Counted from the first letter of the stretch, positions 9,633 through 19,793 are shown. The stretch: 64,000 bases of DNA from an uncultured Candidatus Saccharibacteria bacterium (GCA_964599225.1 CAZRDO010000003.1:8066-72065); one strand, 5' to 3'. The notes: generated from the letters alone by a model not told the origin. Translations and numbers: made by a program.

Positions 9633-10199
9633 ATGTGGGATCTTATAATGGCCTATAAATATATCATTCTCATACCACTAGCGACACTTGAGGGGCCGTT
9701 TATCATGATGTTTTCTGGTTCTCTCATTAAGCTCGACTATCTATCATTTTGGCCTGCCTTTCTAGTACTTATGTGCGGAGACCTCTTAGCAGATGTCCTA
9801 TGGTATTGGATTGGCTACACATGGGGTGAGAAATTTATCAGACGCTTTGGAAAGCTCTTTGGCGTCAGTATGGTTGAAGTAGAAAAAGCCAAAACTATTT
9901 TTCATACCCACAAGAATTCTATCCTCTTTGTTTCGAAAATTACGATGGGTTTTGGTTTCGCGACTGCCGTACTGGTCACTGCAGGTTTGGTTGGAATTCC
10001 ATTTAAGAGGTATGTACTACTCAATGTACTGGGACAAATTGTCTGGACGAGTGTGCTAATTGGAGTTGGATTCTTTTTTGGTAATTTCTATCAATCACTC
10101 AATTCAATATTTGAACAACTCTCATTCATTGCTGGTGCAGTAATCGTGATGTGGTTACTTTTCAAATTTGTAAAAGGAGCATTAAAAAAACATATATAA
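9633..10199 (+). CDS. DedA/VTT family membrane protein
   Basis: LEGP, GDLLAD.LWY.IG, AG...IPFKRY; probable start ATG 9633. Confidence 0.85.
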   Translation: MWDLIMAYKYIILIPLATLEGPFIMMFSGSLIKLDYLSFWPAFLVLMCGDLLADVLWYWIGYTWGEKFIRRFGKLFGVSMVEVEKAKTIFHTHKNSILFVSKITMGFGFATAVLVTAGLVGIPFKRYVLLNVLGQIVWTSVLIGVGFFFGNFYQSLNSIFEQLSFIAGAVIVMWLLFKFVKGALKKHI

Positions 10200-10206
10200 T
10201 AGAGCC

Positions 10207-10923
10207 ATGATTTCCATCATTATTCCTACACTCAATGAAGAAAAGATAATTGCAAAGACACTAGAGAGTCTCAAGAGTATTCGAGTCCCGTGCGAACTCA
10301 TTGTTTCTGATGCTAAGAGTAGTGACAGTACAGCACTCTTAGCACGTCCTTTGGCAGACAAGGTTGTTATCCATGATGGTGAGTATCGTCAAACAATTGC
10401 AGAAGGCAGGAATAAAGGTGCTGTAGTCGCTCATGGAGAAATCCTACTTTTCCTCGACGCTGACTGTACTATACCGAATCCAGAAACTTTTTTCCCAAAA
10501 GTCTTATTACATTTTGAAAATCCTGACATAGTCGCGCTCACTGTTCCGTACAAAGTACCACCCGATGTTGCTACGAGAGGGGATAGAATTATGGAGCGCA
10601 TTGTCAGTACTCTATTTCGCATTTCCAACAATGTCTTCCACAACGGGCGCGCATCTGGAGAATTCCAGATGATGCGCAAATCGGCATTTGAAAAGGTTGG
10701 CGGGTATAACAGTGCACTTGTGGTAGGTGAAGATATTGATATGTTCAGTAGGCTCTCAAAGATTGGCCGGACATACTTTGATTCGAGTGTCTTTATTTAT
10801 CATACTGGGCGACGGGCGCACACTATTGGATGGCCGCGACTTCTGGTACTCTGGTTACTTAATGGATTTTCAGTCGCTATTCGTGGTAAATCATATTCTA
10901 AAGAATGGAAACCAATCCGTTAA
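10207..10923 (+). CDS. GT2 glycosyltransferase
   Basis: SIIIPTLNEE, FLDAD, GEDID. Confidence 0.9.
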   Translation: MISIIIPTLNEEKIIAKTLESLKSIRVPCELIVSDAKSSDSTALLARPLADKVVIHDGEYRQTIAEGRNKGAVVAHGEILLFLDADCTIPNPETFFPKVLLHFENPDIVALTVPYKVPPDVATRGDRIMERIVSTLFRISNNVFHNGRASGEFQMMRKSAFEKVGGYNSALVVGEDIDMFSRLSKIGRTYFDSSVFIYHTGRRAHTIGWPRLLVLWLLNGFSVAIRGKSYSKEWKPIR

Positions 10924-10941
10924 TTGTAGATATCTTATTTT

Positions 10942-11640
10942 ATGAAAGTTTCAATTGTTATTCCAGCACATAATGAAGAAGATTCACTTGCCGAGACACT
11001 CAGACATGTGCTTGCACTAGAGTACAGTGATTTTGAAGTCATCGTCGTTGATAATGCGAGTACTGATCGGACGAGTGAAATTGCGCGAGAGTTTCCCGTC
11101 CTCGTCGTATATGAGAAGAACAAAGGGTTACTTCATGCGCGTGAATGTGGCAGGTGTCATGCTAAAGGTGAAATTATAGCTAACATTGATGCTGATTGCT
11201 TGCCCGATCCAGACTGGCTGGCAAAAGGCCTCCCATACTTCGATGATCCTCAAGTAGTCTCAGTTTCTGGTCCGTATGATTACTATGACAGCAAGCCGTG
11301 GTTTCGAACTATTTCATCGTTTGTTCAGACCAAAGGTTTTAGTGCACTATCACGGTTTCTTTTACGAATTGGAAAACATGGGGTGATGATTGGCGGTAAT
11401 AATTTAATTAGAGCTCGTACATTAGAGTCACTGGGAGGGTACAATACAGATATATTGTTCTATGGTGAAGATACTGACACAGCCAAGAGAGTTTCAAAAG
11501 AGGGTCGAATCGTTTTCGACAGAGGATTTGTTATGAAGAGTTCAGGAAGACGTTTCAAGCGTCACGGGACACTCAGTATCTTTCTCCTCTACATCTACCA
11601 TTTTTTAAAAGTTTCATTTTTCTCAAAGACCAAGATCTAA
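10942..11640 (+). CDS. GT2 glycosyltransferase
   Basis: SIVIPAHNEE, VDNASTD, IDAD, GEDTD. Confidence 0.9.
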   Translation: MKVSIVIPAHNEEDSLAETLRHVLALEYSDFEVIVVDNASTDRTSEIAREFPVLVVYEKNKGLLHARECGRCHAKGEIIANIDADCLPDPDWLAKGLPYFDDPQVVSVSGPYDYYDSKPWFRTISSFVQTKGFSALSRFLLRIGKHGVMIGGNNLIRARTLESLGGYNTDILFYGEDTDTAKRVSKEGRIVFDRGFVMKSSGRRFKRHGTLSIFLLYIYHFLKVSFFSKTKI

Positions 11641-11695
11641 ATGGGCCACTACGTCATGACTTCCAAAAAGAGAGTGGCGACGGTATACTTCATAT

Positions 11696-12181
11696 ATGGA
11701 TCTTCACCCTATTTTCGTTCATTTTCCAATTGCGCTCCTCACACTCTATGCACTTGCTGAATTGCTTCCATTAAAGCTTACTCAAAAAATTCATGGATTC
11801 CATTTAATCAAACAAGCCTTCCTCTATATAGGTGTATTGAGTAGCTCTGTTACTCTCTATACAGGACTTCAAGCTGGAGAAAAGCTTGAGGGGACTATCA
11901 TTCATGAGCTCGCGGATACACATGAGCTTTTTGCAATCATTTCAGTTAGTATCTTTTCCTTTATTATGCTGAGCTACTTGTTTTCTTATTTCACCAGAGA
12001 ACAATCACAAGTGCTTATACAGAGATATCATGTAGTAAAGCTTTTCCCTATTTTTAGAAAAATCTTCGCAGTTATTGGGCTTATCACCATTACTATTACA
12101 GGTACCCTAGGAGGGATTATTGTATATGGACCTGATATTGATCCGGTCGCACAATTTATTTACTCACTATTCTTTTCATAG
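11696..12181 (+). CDS. DUF2231-like membrane protein
   Basis: LHPIFVHFPIALL N-terminus, HE, TG.LGG.IVY. Confidence 0.75.
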   Translation: MDLHPIFVHFPIALLTLYALAELLPLKLTQKIHGFHLIKQAFLYIGVLSSSVTLYTGLQAGEKLEGTIIHELADTHELFAIISVSIFSFIMLSYLFSYFTREQSQVLIQRYHVVKLFPIFRKIFAVIGLITITITGTLGGIIVYGPDIDPVAQFIYSLFFS

Positions 12182-12209
12182 CATCCCTGGAATTGAGTGC
12201 GTTGTAATT

Positions 12210-12962
12210 ATGAGTATGCTTCCACAAATTAAAGATAAAATCATTGAGCGCCCAGGAACGTATAAAGGTAAGCGCAAGCAGTTCATTCCAGATCAGAATT
12301 ATGATGAATTTTGGGCGAAGTTTTATCAAAAAATCCGTGCATTACCTGATTTAATTTTCCCGATTAAACGTGGCAATAAAACAATTGATCCATATTTTGG
12401 CTATTTTGGCTATCGGTATCACCCGGTTGCACATCGACCAAACTATTTTCATGTGGGAGTCGATATCCAAGGTAAGATTGGAACAAACATTTATCCGATT
12501 CTTCCTGGTGTTTTTGAATATTCTGGTTATGGAACGACGAACGGTAACTATATTCTCATTGCCCATCCTGACGTCGTCACTGAGGATGGCTTCGTACTCC
12601 ACTCACTCTACATGCATCTTGATTCCGCACTCATAAAATTTACTCCCTATCAAAAAATGCTTCGAGAAATTAGCCGTCATACCTACCCCAAAATCCAAAT
12701 ACCAACTTCACAAATCATTGGAACCCTTGGTAATACTGGTGACTTGCGGGGGATAGTGCCACATCTTCATCTCCAGCTCGAATTCATTGACGCAAAGGGC
12801 AAAATTGTGGTTATCGACGGCGCTCGAGTTCTTGGTAAAAAAACTGGAGAAAACTTAACGAAAAAAATTGCACGGCAAAGTGAATTTCGCTCCTTTATTA
12901 AGGAGCACCGTGCCTCTCTTCTGCCTTGGCGTACCTATTGGGGCGAGGATCTCTTCTTATAA
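12210..12962 (+). CDS. M23 family metallopeptidase
   Basis: HVGVD, YMHL, GNTG....PHLH. Confidence 0.85.
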   Translation: MSMLPQIKDKIIERPGTYKGKRKQFIPDQNYDEFWAKFYQKIRALPDLIFPIKRGNKTIDPYFGYFGYRYHPVAHRPNYFHVGVDIQGKIGTNIYPILPGVFEYSGYGTTNGNYILIAHPDVVTEDGFVLHSLYMHLDSALIKFTPYQKMLREISRHTYPKIQIPTSQIIGTLGNTGDLRGIVPHLHLQLEFIDAKGKIVVIDGARVLGKKTGENLTKKIARQSEFRSFIKEHRASLLPWRTYWGEDLFL

Positions 12963-12987
12963 CAATCCACTGTGTTAGAATTCAAGT

Positions 12988-13155
12988 ATGGAATCCCTTA
13001 CTATTATCAATACCATCCTCGCCTCAATTGAGGCTTTTGGCTACGTCAAATTCGCAAGCTTTGTTATTGCCGATATTGTGCTCTGGCGTATTCACCCAAT
13101 TTTAGGTCTTCTCGGGACACTCTTTACGTTTGCGCTCTTACTTCACCTTATCTAG
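12988..13155 (+). CDS. 55-aa small membrane protein (not in ORF track)
   Basis: MESLTIINTILASIEAFGYVKFASFVIADIVLWRIHPILGLLGTLFTFALLLHLI; preceded by TGtTAGAAT. Confidence 0.5.
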   Translation: MESLTIINTILASIEAFGYVKFASFVIADIVLWRIHPILGLLGTLFTFALLLHLI

Positions 13156-13280
13156 AGATTGAACAAATCATTCAACATTTTTGACCAGGTATCCCCTAGG
13201 TAATTTACTATGAGAAATGCTGGCAGAAAAATAACTGAGAGAAGAATAAAGATAGGCAGTTTTAGAAGTTTTTCAAACAT
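13152..13280 (-). CDS. 42-aa small membrane peptide (not in ORF track)
   Basis: MFEKLLKLPIFILLSVIFLPAFLIVNYLGDTWSKMLNDLFNL; stop overlaps that of the convergent ORF (CTAG). Confidence 0.4.
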   Translation of the reverse strand: MFEKLLKLPIFILLSVIFLPAFLIVNYLGDTWSKMLNDLFNL

Positions 13281-13361
13281 AGAGACATTGTACGCTAGGA
13301 CAAGCATCTAGTTCAAGTCAAGACTTTTCTTACCTAGGGGTGCTAGGGTATACTACGATCC

Positions 13362-13835
13362 ATGGAAAGAACCAAAAAACAGAAGACTGAACTTCTAGGC
13401 TCAGTCGTGATAGTAATTATTGTTATCGTGTTAGGCGTCGTGTTTATGCGAATGAACGGATCGTCGACACACACAAATGGAACTACAATGAATAATGAAG
13501 TAACAACCGCATCAGGTCTCGTTTATACAATTACAAAGCCAGGTTCTGGAGCAATTGCCAAGGCCGGAGATAAAGTGCAAGTTCATTACACTGGCACACT
13601 AGCTGACGGCACTGTCTTTGACTCAAGTGTCACACGAGGAGCGCCGTTTGAATTTAATCTTGGTGCTGGCCAAGTGATTGCAGGCTGGGACGAAGGTGTC
13701 GCAGGCATGGAGATTGGAGAGAAGAGAACCCTCGTGATTCCGGCCAATCTAGCTTATGGAGATAATGGTGTTCCTGGAGCGATTCCACCAGGAGCAACAC
13801 TTACATTCGAAGTAGAATTACTCGCTATTCTCTAA
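13362..13835 (+). CDS. FKBP-type peptidyl-prolyl isomerase with TM anchor
   Basis: VHYTGTL.DG.VFDSS, VIAGWDEG, LAYG, IPPGATLTFEVEL. Confidence 0.95.
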   Translation: MERTKKQKTELLGSVVIVIIVIVLGVVFMRMNGSSTHTNGTTMNNEVTTASGLVYTITKPGSGAIAKAGDKVQVHYTGTLADGTVFDSSVTRGAPFEFNLGAGQVIAGWDEGVAGMEIGEKRTLVIPANLAYGDNGVPGAIPPGATLTFEVELLAIL

Positions 13836-13918
13836 ATGTAGGAAAAAGAGAAAATTTTGAAAAACCTATTTTTAGGCTATACTAAGCTCACTTATTATTA
13901 AAAACATACATATTCACT

Positions 13919-14704
13919 ATGATTACACTCTCAACTACAGAACAGAAGCGCCTTACCGTACTTATCTCAATCGTACTTGCAATTCTTGCCTTACTTTTAT
14001 TCGTTAAATTTGCTTCTGCAGCCAAAGCCTACCGCTATATTGGGGCAGGGACCAATACTGCAACGACTATTTCAGTGAATGGTACAGGGGAGATTTTTGC
14101 AGTACCAGATATCGCGACAATTAATTTCACTGTACGTGGTACAGGTAAAGACTTAAAAGCTGCGCATGACCAAGTTATTGAGGTCATGGATAAGGCACTT
14201 GAGAAGACCAAAGAACTCGGTATTGAAGACAAAGATACCAAAACACTCACTGATTCTGGAAATCCAGTCTACGACTATGGCCGTCCTTGCTACGTCTATC
14301 CATGTTCACCAACCCAGAATAAAATCACGAGTTATGAATGGGCGGAAACTATTGAGCTCAAAATTCGCAACACTGATGATACAGGAGCAGTTTCTGAAGC
14401 ACTCTCCGCACTTGGCGTGACAGAAATTCAGGGACCAAACTTCACGATTGATGATCCAGAAAAAGTAAATAATGATGCTCGCGATATGGCAATCGAGAAC
14501 GCCAAAGAAAAAGCCGACATCCTTGCAAAATCACTCGGGGTCAAACTTGTGCGCATTGTGAATTTCACTGAAAGTGGCTATAGTCCTTACTATTATGAAA
14601 AGGCAGTTATGATGGACAGTGCCGCCTCAAACCAGGCCTCTACAGTCCCAGTCGGTCAGAATCAAATCACTTCAAACGTCACAATTACCTACGAGATTCG
14701 CTAA
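13919..14704 (+). CDS. SIMPL (DUF541) protein
   Basis: TISVNGTGE...VPDIA, AIENAKEKA..LA..LG, VTITYEI. Confidence 0.9.
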   Translation: MITLSTTEQKRLTVLISIVLAILALLLFVKFASAAKAYRYIGAGTNTATTISVNGTGEIFAVPDIATINFTVRGTGKDLKAAHDQVIEVMDKALEKTKELGIEDKDTKTLTDSGNPVYDYGRPCYVYPCSPTQNKITSYEWAETIELKIRNTDDTGAVSEALSALGVTEIQGPNFTIDDPEKVNNDARDMAIENAKEKADILAKSLGVKLVRIVNFTESGYSPYYYEKAVMMDSAASNQASTVPVGQNQITSNVTITYEIR

Positions 14705-14732
14705 GCTTCTGTTGTTGAATTGAAGTTTTAGA

Positions 14733-14769
14733 AATATAAAAACCCTTTTAAATAAAGGGTTTTTATATT
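14733..14769. terminator. Intrinsic terminator
   Basis: AATATAAAAACCCTT...AAGGGTTTTTATATT. Confidence 0.7.
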
Positions 14770-14774
14770 AGCTT

Positions 14775-14802
14775 TTGACATTTTCGTATAGTTTGCTACC
14801 AT
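14775..14802 (+). promoter_or_regulatory. Promoter of secE-nusG-rplK
   Basis: TTGACA-16 nt-TACCAT with extended -10 TG. Confidence 0.5.
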
Positions 14803-14847
14803 ACATAAAAAGCCCCGCGAGGGGTTTTAAAAATGGCTTTATTCCTT

Positions 14848-14875
14848 CTATTTACTACTTACTAATAACTATTTA
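14848..14875 (+). repeat. 7-nt-period repeat before secE
   Basis: CTATTTA CTACTTA CTAATAA CTATTTA. Confidence 0.7.
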
Positions 14876-14884
14876 CATAATTTT

Positions 14885-15067
14885 ATGTCCATTATTGATT
14901 ACATAAAAGAAACCAAGGCTGAGTTTGTCCACGTCAATTGGCCAAGTCGCGAATCACTTATCTGGCTCACTATTTCGGTATTACTCGTTACTATTATTAT
15001 TGCAGCATACCTCGGAGCGCTCGACTTTCTTTTTGCCCGCTTCATTAAGTCATTCATCTCAGCGTAA
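14885..15067 (+). CDS. secE: Preprotein translocase SecE
   Basis: E...V.WPSR, single TM, LD; directly upstream of nusG. Confidence 0.95.
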   Translation: MSIIDYIKETKAEFVHVNWPSRESLIWLTISVLLVTIIIAAYLGALDFLFARFIKSFISA

Positions 15068-15072
15068 TAAAT

Positions 15073-15107
15073 CCATTTACTATTTTCTACTAACTATTTA
15101 CTACTCA
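15073..15107 (+). repeat. 7-nt-period repeat before nusG
   Basis: CCATTTA CTATTTT CTACTAA CTATTTA CTACTCA. Confidence 0.7.
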
Positions 15108-15108
15108 A

Positions 15109-15654
15109 ATGGCAAAACAAGAAACAACAGGGGAGCGACACTGGTACGCAATTCATACCTACTCAGGATATGAAAACGCCGTCTTACGCAACCTTAAGCA
15201 GCGCATTGAATCACTCGGTGTTGAAGATAAAATCTTTAATGTCGTCGTCCCTACAGAGAAAAAAATTAAGGTCAAAGGCGGTAAGCGTGTTGAAATTGAA
15301 GAGAAGATTTATCCAGGCTATGTGCTCGTTGATATGGTGGTGACCGATGATTCATGGTTTGTGGTGCGCAACACGCCTCGTGTAACGGGATTCGTCGGAG
15401 CAGGGGTTAATCCAGTGCCACTTCAACAAGAAGAGATTGATTTTCTTTTCTCACGCATGGACAAGAATACGCCTATGCATACCGTTGAGCTTGAAATCAA
15501 TGAGTCAGTCACGATTAGTGATGGACCATTCAAAGATCTTGAAGGAAAAGTCTTCGAAGTTGATCGTGAACGTGGTAAGGTCAAGGTTCTTGTGTCACTC
15601 TTCGGTCGCGAGACACCGGTCGAGCTCGATTTCTTGCAAGTGAAGAAAATCTAG
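15109..15654 (+). CDS. nusG: Transcription factor NusG
   Basis: [39 protein letters not shown]. Confidence 0.98.
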   Translation: MAKQETTGERHWYAIHTYSGYENAVLRNLKQRIESLGVEDKIFNVVVPTEKKIKVKGGKRVEIEEKIYPGYVLVDMVVTDDSWFVVRNTPRVTGFVGAGVNPVPLQQEEIDFLFSRMDKNTPMHTVELEINESVTISDGPFKDLEGKVFEVDRERGKVKVLVSLFGRETPVELDFLQVKKI

Positions 15655-15748
15655 CCTAATACTAAGTTTTCTGCTAAAGTAGCCTCGTTACGCTCTCTAG
15701 AGTTCGCTTCACTCTCACCTATAACCTAACCCCTATAATCTAATTCAT

Positions 15749-16171
15749 ATGGCCAAAAAAATTACAAAACAAATCAAACTCCAAGTCCCTGCAGGTAAGG
15801 CAACTCCTGCCGGCAAGCTCGGTCCTGCGCTTGGTCAGGCCGGTGTCAATATTGGTGACTTCGTACAGAAATTTAATGCCGCAACTAGCTCAATGATGGG
15901 AGATAATGTCGGTGTGGTGATTTCAGTCTACGAAGATCGTAGTTATGATTTTATCATCAAAACCCCTCCAGTTTCTGATCTCTTGAAAAAAGCAGCTGGT
16001 GTAGAATCGCTCTCAGGTAAACCAAACACCAAAAAAGTTGGTTCAATTACCAAAGCGCAACTGAAAGAAATTGCTGAGAAGAAAATGCCAGACCTAAATG
16101 CACACGATATCGAAGCGGCAATGAAAATTGTTGAAGGCTCTGCTCGATCTGCTGGAATAGAAATAAAATAA
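15749..16171 (+). CDS. rplK: 50S ribosomal protein L11
   Basis: [28 protein letters not shown]. Confidence 0.98.
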   Translation: MAKKITKQIKLQVPAGKATPAGKLGPALGQAGVNIGDFVQKFNAATSSMMGDNVGVVISVYEDRSYDFIIKTPPVSDLLKKAAGVESLSGKPNTKKVGSITKAQLKEIAEKKMPDLNAHDIEAAMKIVEGSARSAGIEIK

Positions 16172-16244
16172 CACTCGTATTAATTTTTTAGAGCTATGTA
16201 AGAACAGCGCTCAAAAAAATCTTTACTCACTTGAATAGGCAAAT

Positions 16245-16272
16245 AAAAAGGAGACCACTAAGGTCTCTTTTT
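16245..16272. terminator. Bidirectional terminator
   Basis: AAAAAGGAGACC-actaa-GGTCTCTTTTT. Confidence 0.6.
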
Positions 16273-16284
16273 GCTATATAGTAG

Positions 16285-16809
16285 TTATTTGCTTTCTCGT
16301 ACAAGATGATGGAAGGAATAGTTATGGGTACTTCCAGGTTCGTTGAAGATCTCTACTGGTTTGGTATCTTCTCTCCATAACCCATCCACCCAATCAAGGA
16401 AGTAAGTATCTCCCTCAATACTAATATCCATTACCCTTGTTAGATAGAATTCATCAGCTCTTGGCCAGGTTGCATTGAAAATTTGCTCTCCTCCTATGAC
16501 AAAAACCGTCCCATCCGGCGAGTGCGATTGTGCTATTTCCAGAGCTTTCTCTACGCTTGTTGCGTAGAGGACATTATCATACTCCTTAAATTTTGAGGGA
16601 TTCCTCGTGATAACAATGTTTATTCTCCCTGGCAATGGCTTTTTGAGCATATCCAGGATTGATTGGAAGGTATTAGCTCCCATAATGACATTTGAACCCA
16701 TTGTCACCCTCTTAAAATTAGGCAAATCCTGTTTTAGGGTCCAAGGAAGTTTATTATTTTTACCGATCACACCGTTTAATGCGACGGCGGCAATCAATGC
16801 TATTTTCAT
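16285..16809 (-). CDS. folA: Dihydrofolate reductase
   Basis: IG.NNKLPW, IMG..T, PLPGR.NIVITR, VIGGEQIF, GDTYF. Confidence 0.95.
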   Translation of the reverse strand: MKIALIAAVALNGVIGKNNKLPWTLKQDLPNFKRVTMGSNVIMGANTFQSILDMLKKPLPGRINIVITRNPSKFKEYDNVLYATSVEKALEIAQSHSPDGTVFVIGGEQIFNATWPRADEFYLTRVMDISIEGDTYFLDWVDGLWREDTKPVEIFNEPGSTHNYSFHHLVRESK

Positions 16810-16946
16810 TTTTGTATTTTTTCTATCAGGAGATTAACATAGGATTCTCCATTAAACAAACATGTAATTGATGTATTAAAATATGAAGTTTTAATAAAAA
16901 AAGTTTGGTAAATTGATCCAGTAGACAGGAATCAATATTTGTTGTA

Positions 16947-17474
16947 ATGTGCAAAAAGAAAAATTTCGTTATGGATACCAAGATAATGTTTCTGCCTATT
17001 ACCGAGCGGGGAACATTCATCCGCTCCGGTAGAGAAATTGATGAGTTTCCAATTGAGCTGATATTGTTTGTCGAGCGTGTAATGACTGCGGTTGCGATTG
17101 ATTATGAATGTTCAGCGCTTATTTTTTTCAAAGATTCGCGTAGTGAACAGATTATCGAAGCCAAGGATTTGGTGTTCAAAATTTTGCAGGAAAAAACATG
17201 GTGTGACTGGCGAGCGCTTGCCAGGTTACTTTGGCTCAAAGACATTGTGGCCGTTAACCGAATCAAACATCGTCACAATGAGAGGATGGTGAGTTCTGAT
17301 GAGTGCCATACAAAGTACAAAAAAGTCCATAAGCGACTTGTCAGAATATTTCCAGACATGAAAGTGAAATTTAAGGATCACAAACTCATGATTGTTGAAA
17401 CGGATAATAGGTATAAAAAGTATCTCTATAAAAAGAAACAACGTTGTAAAGGTATATTAAAGAACGCCTCATGA
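16947..17474 (+). CDS. Hypothetical protein, possible DnaA-domain-IV-like HTH
   Basis: SRSEQIIEAKDLVFKILQEKT.....LARLL resembles the SR...V.ARQ pattern; weak. Confidence 0.45.
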   Translation: MCKKKNFVMDTKIMFLPITERGTFIRSGREIDEFPIELILFVERVMTAVAIDYECSALIFFKDSRSEQIIEAKDLVFKILQEKTWCDWRALARLLWLKDIVAVNRIKHRHNERMVSSDECHTKYKKVHKRLVRIFPDMKVKFKDHKLMIVETDNRYKKYLYKKKQRCKGILKNAS

Positions 17475-17528
17475 AGCCTGTTGTAAGGCTTTTTTATTTT
17501 GTCCCAATCCTGTAGACTCTTACTATCA

Positions 17529-19214
17529 ATGAAAGAAATACTAAGAAAAGCGATAGAAATTGCAGTTGAAGAGCTCGGGTATAAAGCCGAGGTGTTTTCA
17601 GTTGCAGAACCTGCTGATTTGGCAAATGGCGACTATTCTACCAACATTGCACTTCTCTTGGCCAAGACCGCAGGGGAGAAACCTCACAATCTCGCTGAGA
17701 AAATCGTCGCACAATTAGAAAAATCAAAACAACTTGAACGTGTTGAACGCGTTAGTATCGCTGGTCCGGGTTTCGTTAATTTCTATTTGAAGAGTTCATA
17801 TTTTAGCTCCACTATTCAATCAATAGATAAGGATTGGGGAAAGAGTGGAAAGTTTAAAGACAGAAAGATTCTTGTGGAGCACTCAAGTCCTAACTTGTTC
17901 AAGTCTTTCCACATAGGGCACGTGATGAATAACACCATTGGTGAATCCATCAAGCGCTTAGCAGAATTCTCTGGAGCCGAGGTAACAACCATTTCATATC
18001 CATCTGATGTCTCGCTTGGCATTGCTAAAGCGGTTTATGTCATGCTCGAAGACGGACTCGAGAAAGTTAATTCATTCTCTACAATTACCGAGAAATTAAA
18101 TTATCTGGGTGAGTGTTATGTGCGAGGCACGAAGGCATTTGAAGAAGACAAATCACTTGAACCACGTATCCGTGAAATTACACAAATCCTCTATGACAAG
18201 AAAACCGATACCAAAGAATATGAAGCATATCAATTAGGACGAGATATTAATCTCCAGTATTTCAAGGAAATTACGAGAAGGCTTGGCTCAGAATTTAACG
18301 ATTTCATATTTGAGAGCGAAGCTGGCGTTGAAGGAGCAAAACTTGTACGTGTACATGTGGGTGATGTGTTTACCGAGAGCGATGGCGCAATTATTTTCAA
18401 AGGCGAGGATGTCGGACTTCATACCAGAGTTTTTATTACCAAAGAAGGCAATCCAATCTATGAAGCCAAAGACATAGGACTGCTTTCGCTTAAATTTTCA
18501 CGGTTTACACCTGATCTCTCAATCTTTATTACAGACCATGAACAAGGGGAGTATTTCAAGGTTGTCATGGCAGCAGCAGGAATGATTAATCCAGTATGGA
18601 AGGAGCACTCAATACACCGCACACATGGCAGGATGAGTTTTAAAGGTATGAAAATGTCATCACGCTTGGGTGGAGTACCTCTTGCACATGATGTACTGGA
18701 TTCAATTATTGAAGAAGTTACTAAACGTTCAAGAGATCTCACTGGAGAAGCAAATGACATTATCGCGATTTCAGCACTTAAATTCTCCATTCTTCGTTCA
18801 ATGGCCGGCAAAGATATTAACTTTGACCCTGATACGTCACTCTCGTTTGAAGGCGACTCAGGACCCTATCTTCTCTATAGTGCGGTACGTGCGCAATCGA
18901 TTCTCACAAAGGCAAACTTTACGGATAAAAATGGAATAAAGATTCCAGAAGACTGGCAGAGCACCATGCTTGAACGACAACTTATTCATTTCCCAGAAAT
19001 TGTGTCGCGCGGAATCGAGGAATGGGCACCACATCATATGGTCATCTACCTCCTTGCACTCGCACAAGAATTTAATAGTTGGTATGCAAATACACAAATC
19101 TTTGATGAGAATGATGTTTCTTCACCTTACAAACTTGCGATCACCAAAGCATTTTATACTACGATGAAAAATGGCCTCTATCTTTTGGGAATTGAAGTAC
19201 CGGAGAAAATGTAA
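17529..19214 (+). CDS. argS: Arginine--tRNA ligase
   Basis: GDYSTN, AGPGFVNF, SSPN....HIGH, KMSSR, GPYLLY. Confidence 0.97.
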   Translation: MKEILRKAIEIAVEELGYKAEVFSVAEPADLANGDYSTNIALLLAKTAGEKPHNLAEKIVAQLEKSKQLERVERVSIAGPGFVNFYLKSSYFSSTIQSIDKDWGKSGKFKDRKILVEHSSPNLFKSFHIGHVMNNTIGESIKRLAEFSGAEVTTISYPSDVSLGIAKAVYVMLEDGLEKVNSFSTITEKLNYLGECYVRGTKAFEEDKSLEPRIREITQILYDKKTDTKEYEAYQLGRDINLQYFKEITRRLGSEFNDFIFESEAGVEGAKLVRVHVGDVFTESDGAIIFKGEDVGLHTRVFITKEGNPIYEAKDIGLLSLKFSRFTPDLSIFITDHEQGEYFKVVMAAAGMINPVWKEHSIHRTHGRMSFKGMKMSSRLGGVPLAHDVLDSIIEEVTKRSRDLTGEANDIIAISALKFSILRSMAGKDINFDPDTSLSFEGDSGPYLLYSAVRAQSILTKANFTDKNGIKIPEDWQSTMLERQLIHFPEIVSRGIEEWAPHHMVIYLLALAQEFNSWYANTQIFDENDVSSPYKLAITKAFYTTMKNGLYLLGIEVPEKM

Positions 19215-19228
19215 TGAGTGAGCGGATA

Positions 19229-19252
19229 GCCTGCCTGCCGATATCGGCAGGG
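19229..19252. repeat. REP-like GC-rich palindrome
   Basis: GCCTGCCTGCCGATATCGGCAGGG; 18-bp perfect core at 19234-19251. Confidence 0.6.
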
Positions 19253-19277
19253 GAATAGTAAAACAAAAAAGAAGTCT

Positions 19278-19793
19278 TTAGACTTCTTTTTTGTTTTTGA
19301 AAGCGTGTACTGCTTCGAGAATTTTATCTCGCACTAGATTTGGTCTAGCAACATCAGGAATTTTGAATTCTTCAGACGCTCCTGCAGTCTGGACTTTCAC
19401 TAGACCCATTCCGAAAATTTCATCAAAAATTCCACGGGATTCGACAGTGACATCCTGAATGTTGCCAAGTTCGAGTGTGGAAACCGAACGAGTGAAGAGA
19501 CTCTGTTGATCAATATCGACGAGTCGCTCACTCGTGAGTACCCATGAGTCAAGCATGTAGTTGGTCCAAGAAACGAAGAATCCTACCCAAGCAAAAAGTA
19601 TCCAGATCGTATTACCAAGTTCGAGATAGGGGATGTACCCAGAGAAAATATGAATGAGTGAGAAATGGGTGAGGATTTTTACTGCGAGTGAGGGAAGTAT
19701 ACCGAGAATAAAAAACCCAATCGCTCGAGTCAGAACATAGATGACGTGTTTTCGATACACTGCAATACGTTTTTCTCCAGGATATAATTTCAT
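19278..19793 (-). CDS. Bacterial PH-domain membrane protein
   Basis: Two TM, WVLTSERLVDIDQ, IQDV, G.VKVQTAG. Confidence 0.8.
   Translation of the reverse strand: MKLYPGEKRIAVYRKHVIYVLTRAIGFFILGILPSLAVKILTHFSLIHIFSGYIPYLELGNTIWILFAWVGFFVSWTNYMLDSWVLTSERLVDIDQQSLFTRSVSTLELGNIQDVTVESRGIFDEIFGMGLVKVQTAGASEEFKIPDVARPNLVRDKILEAVHAFKNKKEV

Noticed and set aside
14705-14884. tRNA-Trp or rpmG upstream of secE
   Set aside because: No cloverleaf or TTCGA arm and no ORF; only a terminator, promoter and short hairpin
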